The notes beneath the pieces are model-generated. The model worked only from the letters and a program-made list of their open reading frames with translations. It was not told the origin of the DNA and did no database searches. Shown one piece after another: positions 21,578 through 31,459 of a stretch of 64,000 nucleotides of DNA. Source of the stretch: Escherichia phage EPIMAM01. The position numbers and the translations under genes were made by a program. Where the stretch lies: sequence record PQ493298; one strand, written 5' to 3'. Within the stretch, counting starts at the first letter, position 1. Each line of letters opens with the position of its first letter.

Positions 21578-22672
21578 ATGGCAATTGTTAAAGAAATAAC
21601 TGCTGATTTAATCAAAAAGTCCGGTGAGAAAATTTCAGCCGGACAGAGTACTAAATCAGAAGTAGGAACTAAAACATACACAGCCCAGTTTCCAACTGGG
21701 CGTGCTAGTGGGAATGACACTACAGGGGACTTCCAGGTAACAGATCTATATAAGAATGGATTATTATTTACTGCATACAATATGTCATCTAGGGATTCTG
21801 GAAGTCTCAGAACGATGAGATCTAACTACTCTTCTTCATCTTCTAGTATTTTACGTACAGCCAGAAACACTATCAGTAATACAGTATCAAAGCTGTCAAA
21901 TGGATTAATATCAGATAATAATTCAGGAACAATAAGTAAAGTTCCTGTTGCAAATATTCTTTTACCGAGATCTAAATCCGATGTTGATACATCATCACAT
22001 AGATTTAACGATGTTCAAGATAGTCTTATTACAAAAGGTGGAGGTACTGCTACTGGCGTGTTAAGCAATATGGCTTCAACTGCAGTATTTGGAGCACTGG
22101 AAAGTATAACACAAGGTATAATGGCTGATAATAATGAACAGATTTATACGACAGCCAGAAGTATGTATGGTGGTGCCGAGAATAGAACTAAAGTGTTCAC
22201 TTGGGATTTGACTCCGCGTTCCACAGAAGATTTAATGGCTATTATTAATATCTATCAATATTTTAACTATTTTTCTTATGGTGAAACGGGTAAATCTCAA
22301 TATGCTGCTGAAATAAAAGGATATCTAGATGAGTGGTATCGCTCTACTTTTATTGAGCCATTAACTCCAGAAGATGCAGTTAAAAATAAGACGTTATTTG
22401 AGAAAATGACATCGAGTTTAACTAACGTTCTTGTAGTTTCAAACCCGACAATTTGGATGGTTAAAAACTTTGGCGCAACTTCTAAATTTGACGGAAAAAC
22501 AGAAGTGTTTGGACCGTGTCAAATTCAAAGTATTAGATTTGATAAAACTCCGAATGGTAATTTTAACGGATTAGCTATTGCTCCAAACCTCCCTAGTACA
22601 TTTACTCTTGAGATTACTATGAGAGAAATTATCACGTTAAATCGTGCTTCTTTATATGCGGGGACCTTTTAA
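21578..22672 (+). CDS. 48: baseplate-tail tube junction protein gp48
   Basis: 364 aa; synteny. Confidence 0.85.
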   Translation: MAIVKEITADLIKKSGEKISAGQSTKSEVGTKTYTAQFPTGRASGNDTTGDFQVTDLYKNGLLFTAYNMSSRDSGSLRTMRSNYSSSSSSILRTARNTISNTVSKLSNGLISDNNSGTISKVPVANILLPRSKSDVDTSSHRFNDVQDSLITKGGGTATGVLSNMASTAVFGALESITQGIMADNNEQIYTTARSMYGGAENRTKVFTWDLTPRSTEDLMAIINIYQYFNYFSYGETGKSQYAAEIKGYLDEWYRSTFIEPLTPEDAVKNKTLFEKMTSSLTNVLVVSNPTIWMVKNFGATSKFDGKTEVFGPCQIQSIRFDKTPNGNFNGLAIAPNLPSTFTLEITMREIITLNRASLYAGTF

Positions 22673-23637
22673 TGTATTCTTTAGAGGAATTTAATAATCA
22701 AGCAATAAACGCAGATTTCCAACGTAATAATATGTTTAGCTGCGTTTTTGCGACAACTCCATCAACTAAAAGCTCTTCGTTGATAAGTTCAATTAGCAAC
22801 TTTTCTTATAATAATTTGGGTCTAAATTCAGACTGGTTAGGATTGTCTCAAGGCGATATTAATCAGGGAATTACCACGCTAATTACTGCTGGCACACAAA
22901 AACTGATAAGAAAATCAGGGGTTAGTAAATATCTTATTGGTGCCATGAGTCAACGTACAGTTCAAAGTTTATTGGGCTCATTTACAGTTGGTACATATTT
23001 AATTGACTTCTTTAACATGGCATATAACTCATCTGGGTTGATGATATATTCTGTAAAAATGCCAGAGAATAGATTATCCTATGAAACTGACTGGAACTAT
23101 AATTCTCCTAATATTCGTATAACTGGGAGAGAATTAGACCCTTTGGTTATTTCATTTAGAATGGATTCAGAAGCTTGTAACTATCGTGCAATGCAAGACT
23201 GGGTTAACGCTGTTCAAGACCCAGTAACTGGACTGCGTGCTTTGCCACAAGATGTCGAGGCAGATATTCAGGTTAATCTTCATGCTCGTAATGGATTACC
23301 TCATACTGCGGTGATGTTCACCGGATGCATTCCAGTGTCAGTGAGCGCTCCTGAGTTATCATATGATGGAGATAACCAAATAACTACATTTGATGTTACT
23401 TTTGCATATAGAGTCATGCAGGCTGGAGCAGTTGATAGACAAGCTGCCCTTGAATGGCTTGAATCTGCTGCTATAAACGGTATTCAAAGCGTTCTCGGAA
23501 ATAGTGGAGGTGTCACTGGATTATCTAATTCGCTTTCACGACTTAGTAGATTAGGGGGAACTGCTGGAAGCATTTCAAACATTAATACTATGACGGGAAT
23601 TGTCAACTCGCAAAGTAAAATATTAGGAGCAATATAA
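22672..23637 (+). CDS. 54: baseplate-tail tube initiator gp54
   Basis: 321 aa; synteny. Confidence 0.85.
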   Translation: MYSLEEFNNQAINADFQRNNMFSCVFATTPSTKSSSLISSISNFSYNNLGLNSDWLGLSQGDINQGITTLITAGTQKLIRKSGVSKYLIGAMSQRTVQSLLGSFTVGTYLIDFFNMAYNSSGLMIYSVKMPENRLSYETDWNYNSPNIRITGRELDPLVISFRMDSEACNYRAMQDWVNAVQDPVTGLRALPQDVEADIQVNLHARNGLPHTAVMFTGCIPVSVSAPELSYDGDNQITTFDVTFAYRVMQAGAVDRQAALEWLESAAINGIQSVLGNSGGVTGLSNSLSRLSRLGGTAGSISNINTMTGIVNSQSKILGAI

Positions 23638-23641
23638 CAAT

Positions 23642-23659
23642 GGGGACCTTTTGGTCCCC
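23642..23659. terminator. stem-loop GGGGACC-TTTT-GGTCCCC between convergent gene 54 and alt.-3-like ORF
   Basis: Perfect 7-bp stem read in sequence. Confidence 0.65.
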
Positions 23660-23665
23660 ATATTT

Positions 23666-23956
23666 TTATTTACGGAATGAAATAAAAGCAGCAACTGAAG
23701 CAACTAAACTGTCTTCAATATAAACTTCAATTTTTACCGGAGCTTCTGACTCAAATTTACCTGTTACTACACCTTGGAAAATGCTTTCAGTCTGTTCTGG
23801 CTTTGAAAAATTTTCAGAAGGAAAAATTCCGAACTTTTTATCTGTTCCAAAAATTTTGATAAATTCATCATAAACTGCTTCATTAAAAGCGTTATCAGCA
23901 GGAATAACGCCTTCAACTACAAGTTCTTGACCTAAAAAGCGTAAAGAAGATTTCAT
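23666..23956 (-). CDS. hypothetical protein (alt.-3-like position)
   Basis: 96 aa ORF downstream of Alt-like genes. Confidence 0.55.
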   Translation of the reverse strand: MKSSLRFLGQELVVEGVIPADNAFNEAVYDEFIKIFGTDKKFGIFPSENFSKPEQTESIFQGVVTGKFESEAPVKIEVYIEDSLVASVAAFISFRK

Positions 23957-23974
23957 TTTGTGTTCCTCATGTTA

Positions 23975-24017
23975 TGTCAGTAAGATTATTATAACACAGC
24001 ACGAGGGACTTGTAAAC
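23975..24017 (-). promoter_or_regulatory. sigma70-like early promoter (GTTTAC -35, TATAAT -10) upstream of 96-aa ORF
   Basis: Minus strand reads GTTTAC...(18 nt)...TATAAT; about 50 nt nearly identical to region upstream of alc. Confidence 0.6.
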
Positions 24018-26074
24018 TACATCTTGAACTTTTTAGACATTCCGTTGATGTTAACCAAAGAAGCCAAGATTTGAGAAACTTCGTTTTCCTCTTCTTTTGA
24101 TTCTTCTACAAGGAATTGATTAAACCCAGCCATTGGACGAACTTCACCAGTTTCCATTAGATGATCGCCATCATATACCGATTCTTCTAATTGTTCAGAA
24201 GGAGGAACGATTGTGCCTTCAATTAGATACTTGTTATAAGCAGTTTCTTTCATCATGTACGTGCTCACTTTATTAATCTTCAGCAAAATTCCACGCGGTA
24301 GAATAACTTCAGCTTCTGATGGAAATCCTGATAAATGACCTGGAACGATAACTTTGATTCGCTCAGCCCCTTTAATTACCATACCTACGCTAGCTTCAGC
24401 ATCTTCATTAGCATATGCAGAATGACTACCCATATGCATTAAATCTTCAGCATCAACAGAACCTTCTCCTTCACCAGAAAATACTGCGCCGGAATCATCT
24501 AGAGCCATATAGTTTTTACCATGCTCACCGAAGATATTTGGTTTAAGCGATGTTGATACGAAGTTCTTGAAATAGAACATTTTATTTTCAATATTATGGC
24601 GTAAAGTTTTAAAAGTAACTTCTTGACCACGATAAAGCGTAGTTCCCGGAGGAAGAACTGATCCTTTGGCGAATGCAGAATCCATTGTCTCGATGTGTTT
24701 AATAGCTCGTTCCATGTATTCTTCACGGGTAGAATCCGGTTTACCTAAAAGGAACGAGTTCATTTCAACATATGAATCTGCACAATAATCTTCAATTACA
24801 TCAGACTCAGCCTGAGTTAATCCTTTTGGAGTTACTTCGGTGCTTGCGTATTCATATGCCTGAGCAGCAGATTCATTAATCAATTTATAAATGCCATTCA
24901 TGACAAATTGAATAATAGCTACCTTTTCGTCTGGTGCGGCTTTAGAACCTTTAACTAAATCATTGATAATTTTCTTAATAACATCAAAGCTATTAGAAAT
25001 ATTAATGTCAGCGAGATCGCTCAAAATTTTATCGGTTTTATAATCAAAGAATTCTTTATTCTTTAAATATTCTTGAGAACCTTGATGTGTTATATCGCTC
25101 TGCAGTCTGATAGACGGATCACGTAAACGTGCATGGGCCAATGCAATATGATTTCGGAAGCTTTCTAGTTCATAATCGTTAGATTTAAAACGAGAAGCAC
25201 TTCTCATACCACCGATAGCTCCTTTGCCGAAGTTTGAACCAATCTGAATAACGCCAGAGTTCATTGGTCCTTCTGCTTTATATACCGGAACTTTAGATTC
25301 AAACTCTTGATATTTCTTAGCGGCGAAGCTATCACCCTGAAGTGAAGCATCGACAGTAGAATATTGAGCTTGTGCTGCTAATCGACGACTAATTTTAGTT
25401 TTCTGAATAACAGCTTGATCCGTGCGCTTATCATTTTCTAAAGCAATAGAAGCAGCTACAGCAACAGCTTTAGGAACAGCATTACCTGTTTTAACATCTA
25501 CATAAACATCACCAACCTTTGATTCAACTTTTGTGAATAACTCAGTTGAAATAGGAGGTACACCTGGAATGTCTTCTAAATTGGCATTTTTACGGTAAAC
25601 CATAATATATGCATACTTTTTATCGTAATCCCAGATTTCCTTTAAAAGAACATATCGACCTGCTCCTTTAGTACGTACTAAACGGTCAGCAATAACTTGC
25701 ATTTGACGAGCTGCGCCATTTGTTTTACTTTTTAGTACGCGGAATAGGCATGCATCAATTTTATACTGTTTCATTGTTTGAAGAGCAGTATCAAAAACAG
25801 CATTAATGACACCAATTGGATTTCCACCCAAGTTTTTAAGTTTAACTAATGATAGTTTCTCATTAACACCTATCATTACGATATGCATCATTTTATCACC
25901 TGGCTTAACGTTTTTATTTGTATCACCGCCAGAGGTGTATGTACAAAATCTAAATCCAGGAAGCACGCTTTCTTCACCGGCTTGAATAGCAAAAATTTGA
26001 GGTATTTTATGCTTAGGATTTAAGTTAACAACCGGCGCCGAAGCGCCGTCAAATAATTCTGTAATAAGTTCCAT
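24017..26074 (-). CDS. Alt-like ADP-ribosyltransferase paralog (685 aa)
   Basis: N-terminal MELITELFD shared with neighbour; YRG, STS and EAE motifs consistent with R-S-EXE ADP-ribosyltransferase. Confidence 0.85.
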   Translation of the reverse strand: MELITELFDGASAPVVNLNPKHKIPQIFAIQAGEESVLPGFRFCTYTSGGDTNKNVKPGDKMMHIVMIGVNEKLSLVKLKNLGGNPIGVINAVFDTALQTMKQYKIDACLFRVLKSKTNGAARQMQVIADRLVRTKGAGRYVLLKEIWDYDKKYAYIMVYRKNANLEDIPGVPPISTELFTKVESKVGDVYVDVKTGNAVPKAVAVAASIALENDKRTDQAVIQKTKISRRLAAQAQYSTVDASLQGDSFAAKKYQEFESKVPVYKAEGPMNSGVIQIGSNFGKGAIGGMRSASRFKSNDYELESFRNHIALAHARLRDPSIRLQSDITHQGSQEYLKNKEFFDYKTDKILSDLADINISNSFDVIKKIINDLVKGSKAAPDEKVAIIQFVMNGIYKLINESAAQAYEYASTEVTPKGLTQAESDVIEDYCADSYVEMNSFLLGKPDSTREEYMERAIKHIETMDSAFAKGSVLPPGTTLYRGQEVTFKTLRHNIENKMFYFKNFVSTSLKPNIFGEHGKNYMALDDSGAVFSGEGEGSVDAEDLMHMGSHSAYANEDAEASVGMVIKGAERIKVIVPGHLSGFPSEAEVILPRGILLKINKVSTYMMKETAYNKYLIEGTIVPPSEQLEESVYDGDHLMETGEVRPMAGFNQFLVEESKEEENEVSQILASLVNINGMSKKFKM

Positions 26075-26077
26075 GAT

Positions 26078-28174
26078 TTATCCTTGAACGAACTTGTAAG
26101 GCATGTTTGTAATATCTATGCAAGACGCAATAATTCCAAGAGATGATTCGACTTTCTGTTTAACATTTGATGAAACAAATGATGCAAAATCAACTCTGTC
26201 TTCTATTTCAATATCACCTGTCATTGCAACTACTTCACCAGTTTCCATTAGACGGTCACCGTCATAAATTACTGATTCGGTGAGTTCTTCCGTAGTCATA
26301 ACTTCAGCTTGAATGAGTTTTGTATTATTAGATGTTGTTCCGTCATTATTAGAAGCATCAGTTATTTTATTAACTTTGACCATCAATCCGCGTGGTAGAA
26401 TAACTTCAGCTTCTGTTGCTATTCCGAGACTTCCTGGATATACAACATTAACTTTATGAGCTCCATCAATTGCCCATCCTATTTGAACTTTAACGTATTC
26501 AGGATTTTCTTTATACGCTCTTATTTCATTTGGATTAATAGTTATTCCTTCTTCATTTTTATCAACTGTCAATTCATTACGAGCTTCTGGTTCTAAAAGA
26601 CCAATACCAGCATGTGTAATTCCAAAACGTCCAAAAATGATAGGAGTTAAAGAAGTAGATACAAAATTTCTGAAATAGAACACTTTATTTTTAACTAGTG
26701 CTTCGTATATAGGAGCAGTCATGCTTTGAGCACGATAAACTGTAATGCCTTCTGGTATACGGTCACCATTTTCAAAAGCTGAATCTAAGTTATTTATAGC
26801 AGATTCAATTTCTTTTTCACTCATTACATCATATCGTTCTGGATTGTAGCGTCCTAAAAGAAGATTATTGATGTCAGTATATCCTGAACCACAATACTCT
26901 CTAATGCCGCGCTTTTGTGATGGAGTATATTTAGAACCATCACGGGCAATAGTAATATCAATCATTGGACCTGCACCAATTCCAGAAAAACTATAAATCA
27001 TTCTTTTGAGGAATTTAGTTTTTGCTGCGTTCCAGGAAGTTTTAGTTATTTCTTCCCAGACTTCATCTGGCTGTCCTTTACGTGTTTTATTATGTTTATC
27101 AAGCCAATTATCTTTATATTCTTCAAAGAGTTGATTAACGGCTGCTGCGTATTTCTCTAAACATTTTATTGAAGTAGTTGGTTCATTTTTAATCGCATTA
27201 AGAATTACATCTTTAATCTTTTCAGAAACTTCATCAACCTCACTTTTTGAAAAGAATTTATAATCATAATGAAGTTCATTTGCGGTTCCTTCGGCAATAA
27301 TTTTTGCTGCCTTGGTTTTAGAAGCTAATGAATTAATTCCAAGTTTCATTTCTTCCGCTTCGGGAATTAAAGGAGCGGTAGCAGGTTTATTGAAATTAGC
27401 TGCGGTAGATTCATACTTCTGGAATAATTCACTTTCAAATCTAGAAGATTCCAATGACTGACTTTGCGCAATTGCTCTACGGGAAATTTTAACTTTAACG
27501 ATTACGGCTTGATCAGAACGTTTATCGTTTTCTTGCGCAATAGATGCTGCAATTGCCTCATTTTTAGTTACTTGAGCTCCAGTATCTTTATTGATATAAA
27601 CATCACCGACCTTCGATTCAACTTTAGTAAAGAGCTCGGTACTAATTTCCGGAACTCCTGGAATGTCTTCTAGCGATACATTTTTGCGATGTATAAGAAT
27701 ATATGCGTACTTTTTATCGTAATCCCAGAGTTCCTTAAGAAGGACGTATCTGCCACCTGAACGACTGCGGATAAGTCTATCAGCAATAAGTTGAATTTGT
27801 CGAGCTTGACCAGCAGTTTTAGACTTAAGAATACGGAGCATACAGGCATCAATTTTATACTGACGCATCGTTTGCATTGCAACTGTAAAAACTGAATTGA
27901 TATAATTAATTGGGCTTGGACCGAGACCTTTTAATTTAGCAATTGAACCTTTAGCAGTTAATGTAAAAGGAACAATATGCATCATTTTATCGCCCATCTT
28001 TAAATCGCGATTAGTATCACCTCCAGATGTGTAGGTACATAAACGAAAGCCTGGTTGTTCAATTGCGTCATCAACATGAACTGAAAAAATTTGCGGTATT
28101 TTCTTCTTTGGATTTAAGTTTGTAATCGGAAGAGTAGTATCTTCGTCAAATAATTCTGTAATGAGTTCCATCAT
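26078..28174 (-). CDS. alt: Alt-like ADP-ribosyltransferase paralog (698 aa)
   Basis: N-terminal MMELITELFD; YRAQ, STS and EAEVILPRG motifs; adjacent to gene 30 side. Confidence 0.85.
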   Translation of the reverse strand: MMELITELFDEDTTLPITNLNPKKKIPQIFSVHVDDAIEQPGFRLCTYTSGGDTNRDLKMGDKMMHIVPFTLTAKGSIAKLKGLGPSPINYINSVFTVAMQTMRQYKIDACMLRILKSKTAGQARQIQLIADRLIRSRSGGRYVLLKELWDYDKKYAYILIHRKNVSLEDIPGVPEISTELFTKVESKVGDVYINKDTGAQVTKNEAIAASIAQENDKRSDQAVIVKVKISRRAIAQSQSLESSRFESELFQKYESTAANFNKPATAPLIPEAEEMKLGINSLASKTKAAKIIAEGTANELHYDYKFFSKSEVDEVSEKIKDVILNAIKNEPTTSIKCLEKYAAAVNQLFEEYKDNWLDKHNKTRKGQPDEVWEEITKTSWNAAKTKFLKRMIYSFSGIGAGPMIDITIARDGSKYTPSQKRGIREYCGSGYTDINNLLLGRYNPERYDVMSEKEIESAINNLDSAFENGDRIPEGITVYRAQSMTAPIYEALVKNKVFYFRNFVSTSLTPIIFGRFGITHAGIGLLEPEARNELTVDKNEEGITINPNEIRAYKENPEYVKVQIGWAIDGAHKVNVVYPGSLGIATEAEVILPRGLMVKVNKITDASNNDGTTSNNTKLIQAEVMTTEELTESVIYDGDRLMETGEVVAMTGDIEIEDRVDFASFVSSNVKQKVESSLGIIASCIDITNMPYKFVQG

Positions 28175-28209
28175 ATCCTCTCTAGTGTTTATTCTATTTA
28201 TAAAATTAA

Positions 28210-28223
28210 AGGCCCGAAGGCCT
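28210..28223. terminator. stem-loop AGGCC-CGAA-GGCCT
   Basis: Inverted repeat between alt-like gene start region and upstream small ORF. Confidence 0.5.
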
Positions 28224-28412
28224 TTAATAATCTATTGGTAAGAGAGTACGATATATTTCAAACTTTGGACCTTTTTCATAGGTATCAAATGTTTCTGTGA
28301 ATTTATTATAAGCATATGCATCTATAAATTCAATCATAATTTGTGATACAGAAGTAGAAACATCTCCACCTTCTTTTTGAGCCACGACAATTGTTTCTAA
28401 GTAAGCTTTCAT
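28224..28412 (-). CDS. hypothetical small protein
   Basis: 62 aa ORF overlapping ligase stop by 4 nt. Confidence 0.45.
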   Translation of the reverse strand: MKAYLETIVVAQKEGGDVSTSVSQIMIEFIDAYAYNKFTETFDTYEKGPKFEIYRTLLPIDY

Positions 28413-29869
28413 AGACCAGTTACCTCATGAAAATCACCAAATACATCCTCGAATGTATTAGCTTTAGTTTTATCTTCACGTAAACGAATCGCAATCGGAA
28501 GAAATAATTTAACGTAATCAGTGCGGCCATCAGATTTTAACCAACCATTGCATTCGCACTCTAGAATTTTTCCAATATAATAATTTTGGTTTTCCATAAT
28601 GCGAGTACGGTCAAGTTCATGCGATTTTACACCGGCTTTATCTTTTAAGCCTGAACCAGCATTTACTTTAATTTTTCCACACTCTGATTCAAGAATAAAT
28701 CCACCTGCTTTAGTAGGGTCTTTACGGTGAGGATAAATTCCTACAATTTTTAAATCAACATCAATTACTTCTTTAAATTTATATAGATTTTTTGAACGAG
28801 AATTTTCCCATAATCCATCAATATTTTTGAGAATAATACCTTCAAGACCTTGGTCAATATACTTTTTATAAATTACCTTAGCTTCATCTAGGTTATTTAC
28901 TATCTGGTTTTCAATTAAAATTACTTTATCATATCCTAATGTCATTTGTTCTAGTTTAGAAAAACGTACATCATATTTTAAACGAAACGCCGGAAGACCG
29001 TATATTTCTACCAACGGAACATAATCCCAGACCTGAAACTTCATGCATTTGGCTTCTTTTTCTGAAATAGTTCCCTTTAAAGATTTATTGGCGATTCCAT
29101 TAGAAGCAGTACGCGATTCAGCTACTTCGGAAAACTCTTTAGCTTTACTGATTTCAGGAGCATCAAAAAGAAAATCTAGGCCTTCTGGCTCCTTTTCAAC
29201 TTGCTCATGGTATACCAATTCGCCATCAATTAACACGCCTTCTGGATGAATCTGGCGAGCTTCAGCAGTCATTTTGATTAACTCTTCCTTAAGAAGATCT
29301 AATCCTAGATATTCATTACCAGCTCGTGATAAAAGACGAACATCATCTAATTCATCGCCTCGGACTTCAGCAAAACACCGAGCTCCATCTGCTTTTAACT
29401 GTGCAAAAGCTGGAAATTTGATATTCTTACTAATGCCTTTTTCATCATAAGAACTTGCCAGCATTTGAGGTTGTTCAGGAATTAAACCTGGCCAAACTTT
29501 ATTTGCGATAGATACTGAAGCACCGCATTCAAGATCTCGCATCATAACTCGACGCAAAACTTCAACATCATCCTTTTTACCATCAGTGATATATCCAGTT
29601 AATTCCTCAATTGCAGCATTTCCAGTCAATTTCCGAGTAGCTAACGTGAATTCAATGAAGTCAAGCATATCGGTAATAGTCAGCATTCCAAAACTCTGGG
29701 TAGCAATACCAGGTTTAGGCCATTTCTTGATATAATACTGTAACCCACGAGAATAAGTCAGACGATATACTCGTTTAAGCAATTCATTATCTTTATTCTT
29801 TTCAAGAATTGCTTGCTTCTGCTTAGTTGATCCAATAGATGCTATTTCATTCAGAATTTTAAGAATCAT
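28409..29869 (-). CDS. 30: ATP-dependent DNA ligase gp30
   Basis: 486 aa; adenylation motif KADG (AQLKADGARCF); matches remembered T4 ligase N-terminus. Confidence 0.93.
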   Translation of the reverse strand: MILKILNEIASIGSTKQKQAILEKNKDNELLKRVYRLTYSRGLQYYIKKWPKPGIATQSFGMLTITDMLDFIEFTLATRKLTGNAAIEELTGYITDGKKDDVEVLRRVMMRDLECGASVSIANKVWPGLIPEQPQMLASSYDEKGISKNIKFPAFAQLKADGARCFAEVRGDELDDVRLLSRAGNEYLGLDLLKEELIKMTAEARQIHPEGVLIDGELVYHEQVEKEPEGLDFLFDAPEISKAKEFSEVAESRTASNGIANKSLKGTISEKEAKCMKFQVWDYVPLVEIYGLPAFRLKYDVRFSKLEQMTLGYDKVILIENQIVNNLDEAKVIYKKYIDQGLEGIILKNIDGLWENSRSKNLYKFKEVIDVDLKIVGIYPHRKDPTKAGGFILESECGKIKVNAGSGLKDKAGVKSHELDRTRIMENQNYYIGKILECECNGWLKSDGRTDYVKLFLPIAIRLREDKTKANTFEDVFGDFHEVTGL

Positions 29870-30135
29870 TGTTCATCCTTCAGAGTTTGATTTACAGCTC
29901 TATTATAAATCAATTCATCATTAAGCTCAGTTAAAGACCTATGATATGTAGTTCTAACTTTATTTCCTTGCATCCAGTGCTTGACGTAAATGAAACCTTG
30001 CTCTACACATTTTTTAAAAATTCGTTCATCTTTTTGAGCTCGGAATTCTGGATTGCATCTAAAAAATTGATTTACGTGACCGTAATCACGTGTAGTATTA
30101 CCTTCATTTTCATAAATAGTGTGAACGACAAACAT
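29866..30135 (-). CDS. hypothetical protein (30.1 position)
   Basis: 89 aa ORF coupled to ligase start. Confidence 0.55.
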   Translation of the reverse strand: MFVVHTIYENEGNTTRDYGHVNQFFRCNPEFRAQKDERIFKKCVEQGFIYVKHWMQGNKVRTTYHRSLTELNDELIYNRAVNQTLKDEQ

Positions 30136-30998
30136 TAGAATGCTCCTTGGAAAATATTATCACCACTAGTAAATCTATTAAAATACCCTGCATCACCAGG
30201 CTTAGTATAACTCCACGTATGGAATGGATTCATATGATACGGGTGTGTATAATATGGATTATATGGATGTGTATAATATGGATTATACGGATTAAATCCA
30301 GGAGTTCTCCAGGTAGTGTTCCAAGGAAAAGAATCGTTTTTAACCATCTTCTCAATTAAATCTTTTATAGCTTTTTCACTATCAAAACTTTCTTTATTTT
30401 CCTTCGGCGAAAAAAGCTTATTTTCTACATCATTCCATGTATAAACTCGCTGGGCAGTTTTTGGAATATTGTCACGCTCTCCTCGAGCCATCCAATAAAC
30501 TGGAACATTTAATATTTCACTCGCATGATCGCAGTGGTGAGCGAGATCGTCAATATAACAAATTACGTTATATTTCTCTTTTGCCTTTTTGAATAACTCT
30601 TCTTTTGAAGAATCATGACCACACATCATTACTTCTGAGAAGGCACCAGGAAAAAGAGCATTCAAATTAAATTGACGATTCAACAGAGCGTCAATAGAAT
30701 CACCCAATGCTGTGACAGCTACAAAATTATAATCTTCTTTTAATTTGTTAATTACACACAGGGCATCTTTATATGGAGACAAGTAACGAATAAAATCTGA
30801 TCGATTGTATTTTTCAATTAGCTTGACACCAAGTTCTTCATCACAATTAAAGAGTTTACCTGGAGAAATAAATTTCTCATCTTGGATCATTTTTAAAATA
30901 TGTTCTAACGGAAGATTATATTTCTGAGCAAAATAAGGAAGACCTGATTGCCAGCTTAAACATACTCCATCAATATCAGTTAAAATAGTAGGCTTCAT
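30135..30998 (-). CDS. HAD-like hydrolase with Tyr/Pro-rich repetitive C-terminus (30.2 position)
   Basis: N-terminal ILTDIDGV resembles HAD motif I (DxDG); C-terminal NPYNPYYTHPY repeats. Confidence 0.65.
   Translation of the reverse strand: MKPTILTDIDGVCLSWQSGLPYFAQKYNLPLEHILKMIQDEKFISPGKLFNCDEELGVKLIEKYNRSDFIRYLSPYKDALCVINKLKEDYNFVAVTALGDSIDALLNRQFNLNALFPGAFSEVMMCGHDSSKEELFKKAKEKYNVICYIDDLAHHCDHASEILNVPVYWMARGERDNIPKTAQRVYTWNDVENKLFSPKENKESFDSEKAIKDLIEKMVKNDSFPWNTTWRTPGFNPYNPYYTHPYNPYYTHPYHMNPFHTWSYTKPGDAGYFNRFTSGDNIFQGAF
30244..30291 (-). repeat. two tandem 24-nt units (one mismatch) inside the HAD-like gene
   Basis: TGTGTATAATATGGATTATATGGA then TGTGTATAATATGGATTATACGGA on plus strand. 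Confidence 0.8.
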
Positions 30999-31459
30999 AG
31001 AGAGTCTCTTAATAGGTTTAACACATCAATAAATTCAGCTTCAGTTAGTATTGTATCATCTTTTGTTAGACCACTAGCCATGCTGTGCTTCAAAACTTTT
31101 CCTTTCGAGGCTTGTAATGCATCACGAAAGCCCCTGTTTTGGATCGCTGCTTCAAAATATGCATTTGTGTATAATTCTTTCCACGCTGAGGAGTATCTTG
31201 AAAACGGAACTCCAAGCCAGAAGAGGGTCCCACGGTCCTGAGCTCTAGCATAAGCTCGTCCAGCTTGTTGGGCGGCAAGCCCGGATAACCCAAATATACG
31301 ACGTTGCTGTTCAACATTTTTCACCTTACACCCTTGGAGGAATCCTTCGAGACCTCCAAATTGAATGCCATCCATAACGAAAGGCCATTGGGCGAAATTA
31401 CTTAATGCACATGATGGCCATTTAAAATTGCTTCTTATCTCTAGCTCAGACATTTTCAA
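30995..31459 (-). CDS. NADAR/YbiA-family (DUF1768-like) protein (30.3 position)
   Basis: LSNFAQWPF...DG...EGFLQGCK resembles remembered E. coli YbiA motif FSNFAAWPI...DG...EHYFQAQKF. Confidence 0.6.
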   Translation of the reverse strand: MKMSELEIRSNFKWPSCALSNFAQWPFVMDGIQFGGLEGFLQGCKVKNVEQQRRIFGLSGLAAQQAGRAYARAQDRGTLFWLGVPFSRYSSAWKELYTNAYFEAAIQNRGFRDALQASKGKVLKHSMASGLTKDDTILTEAEFIDVLNLLRDSL

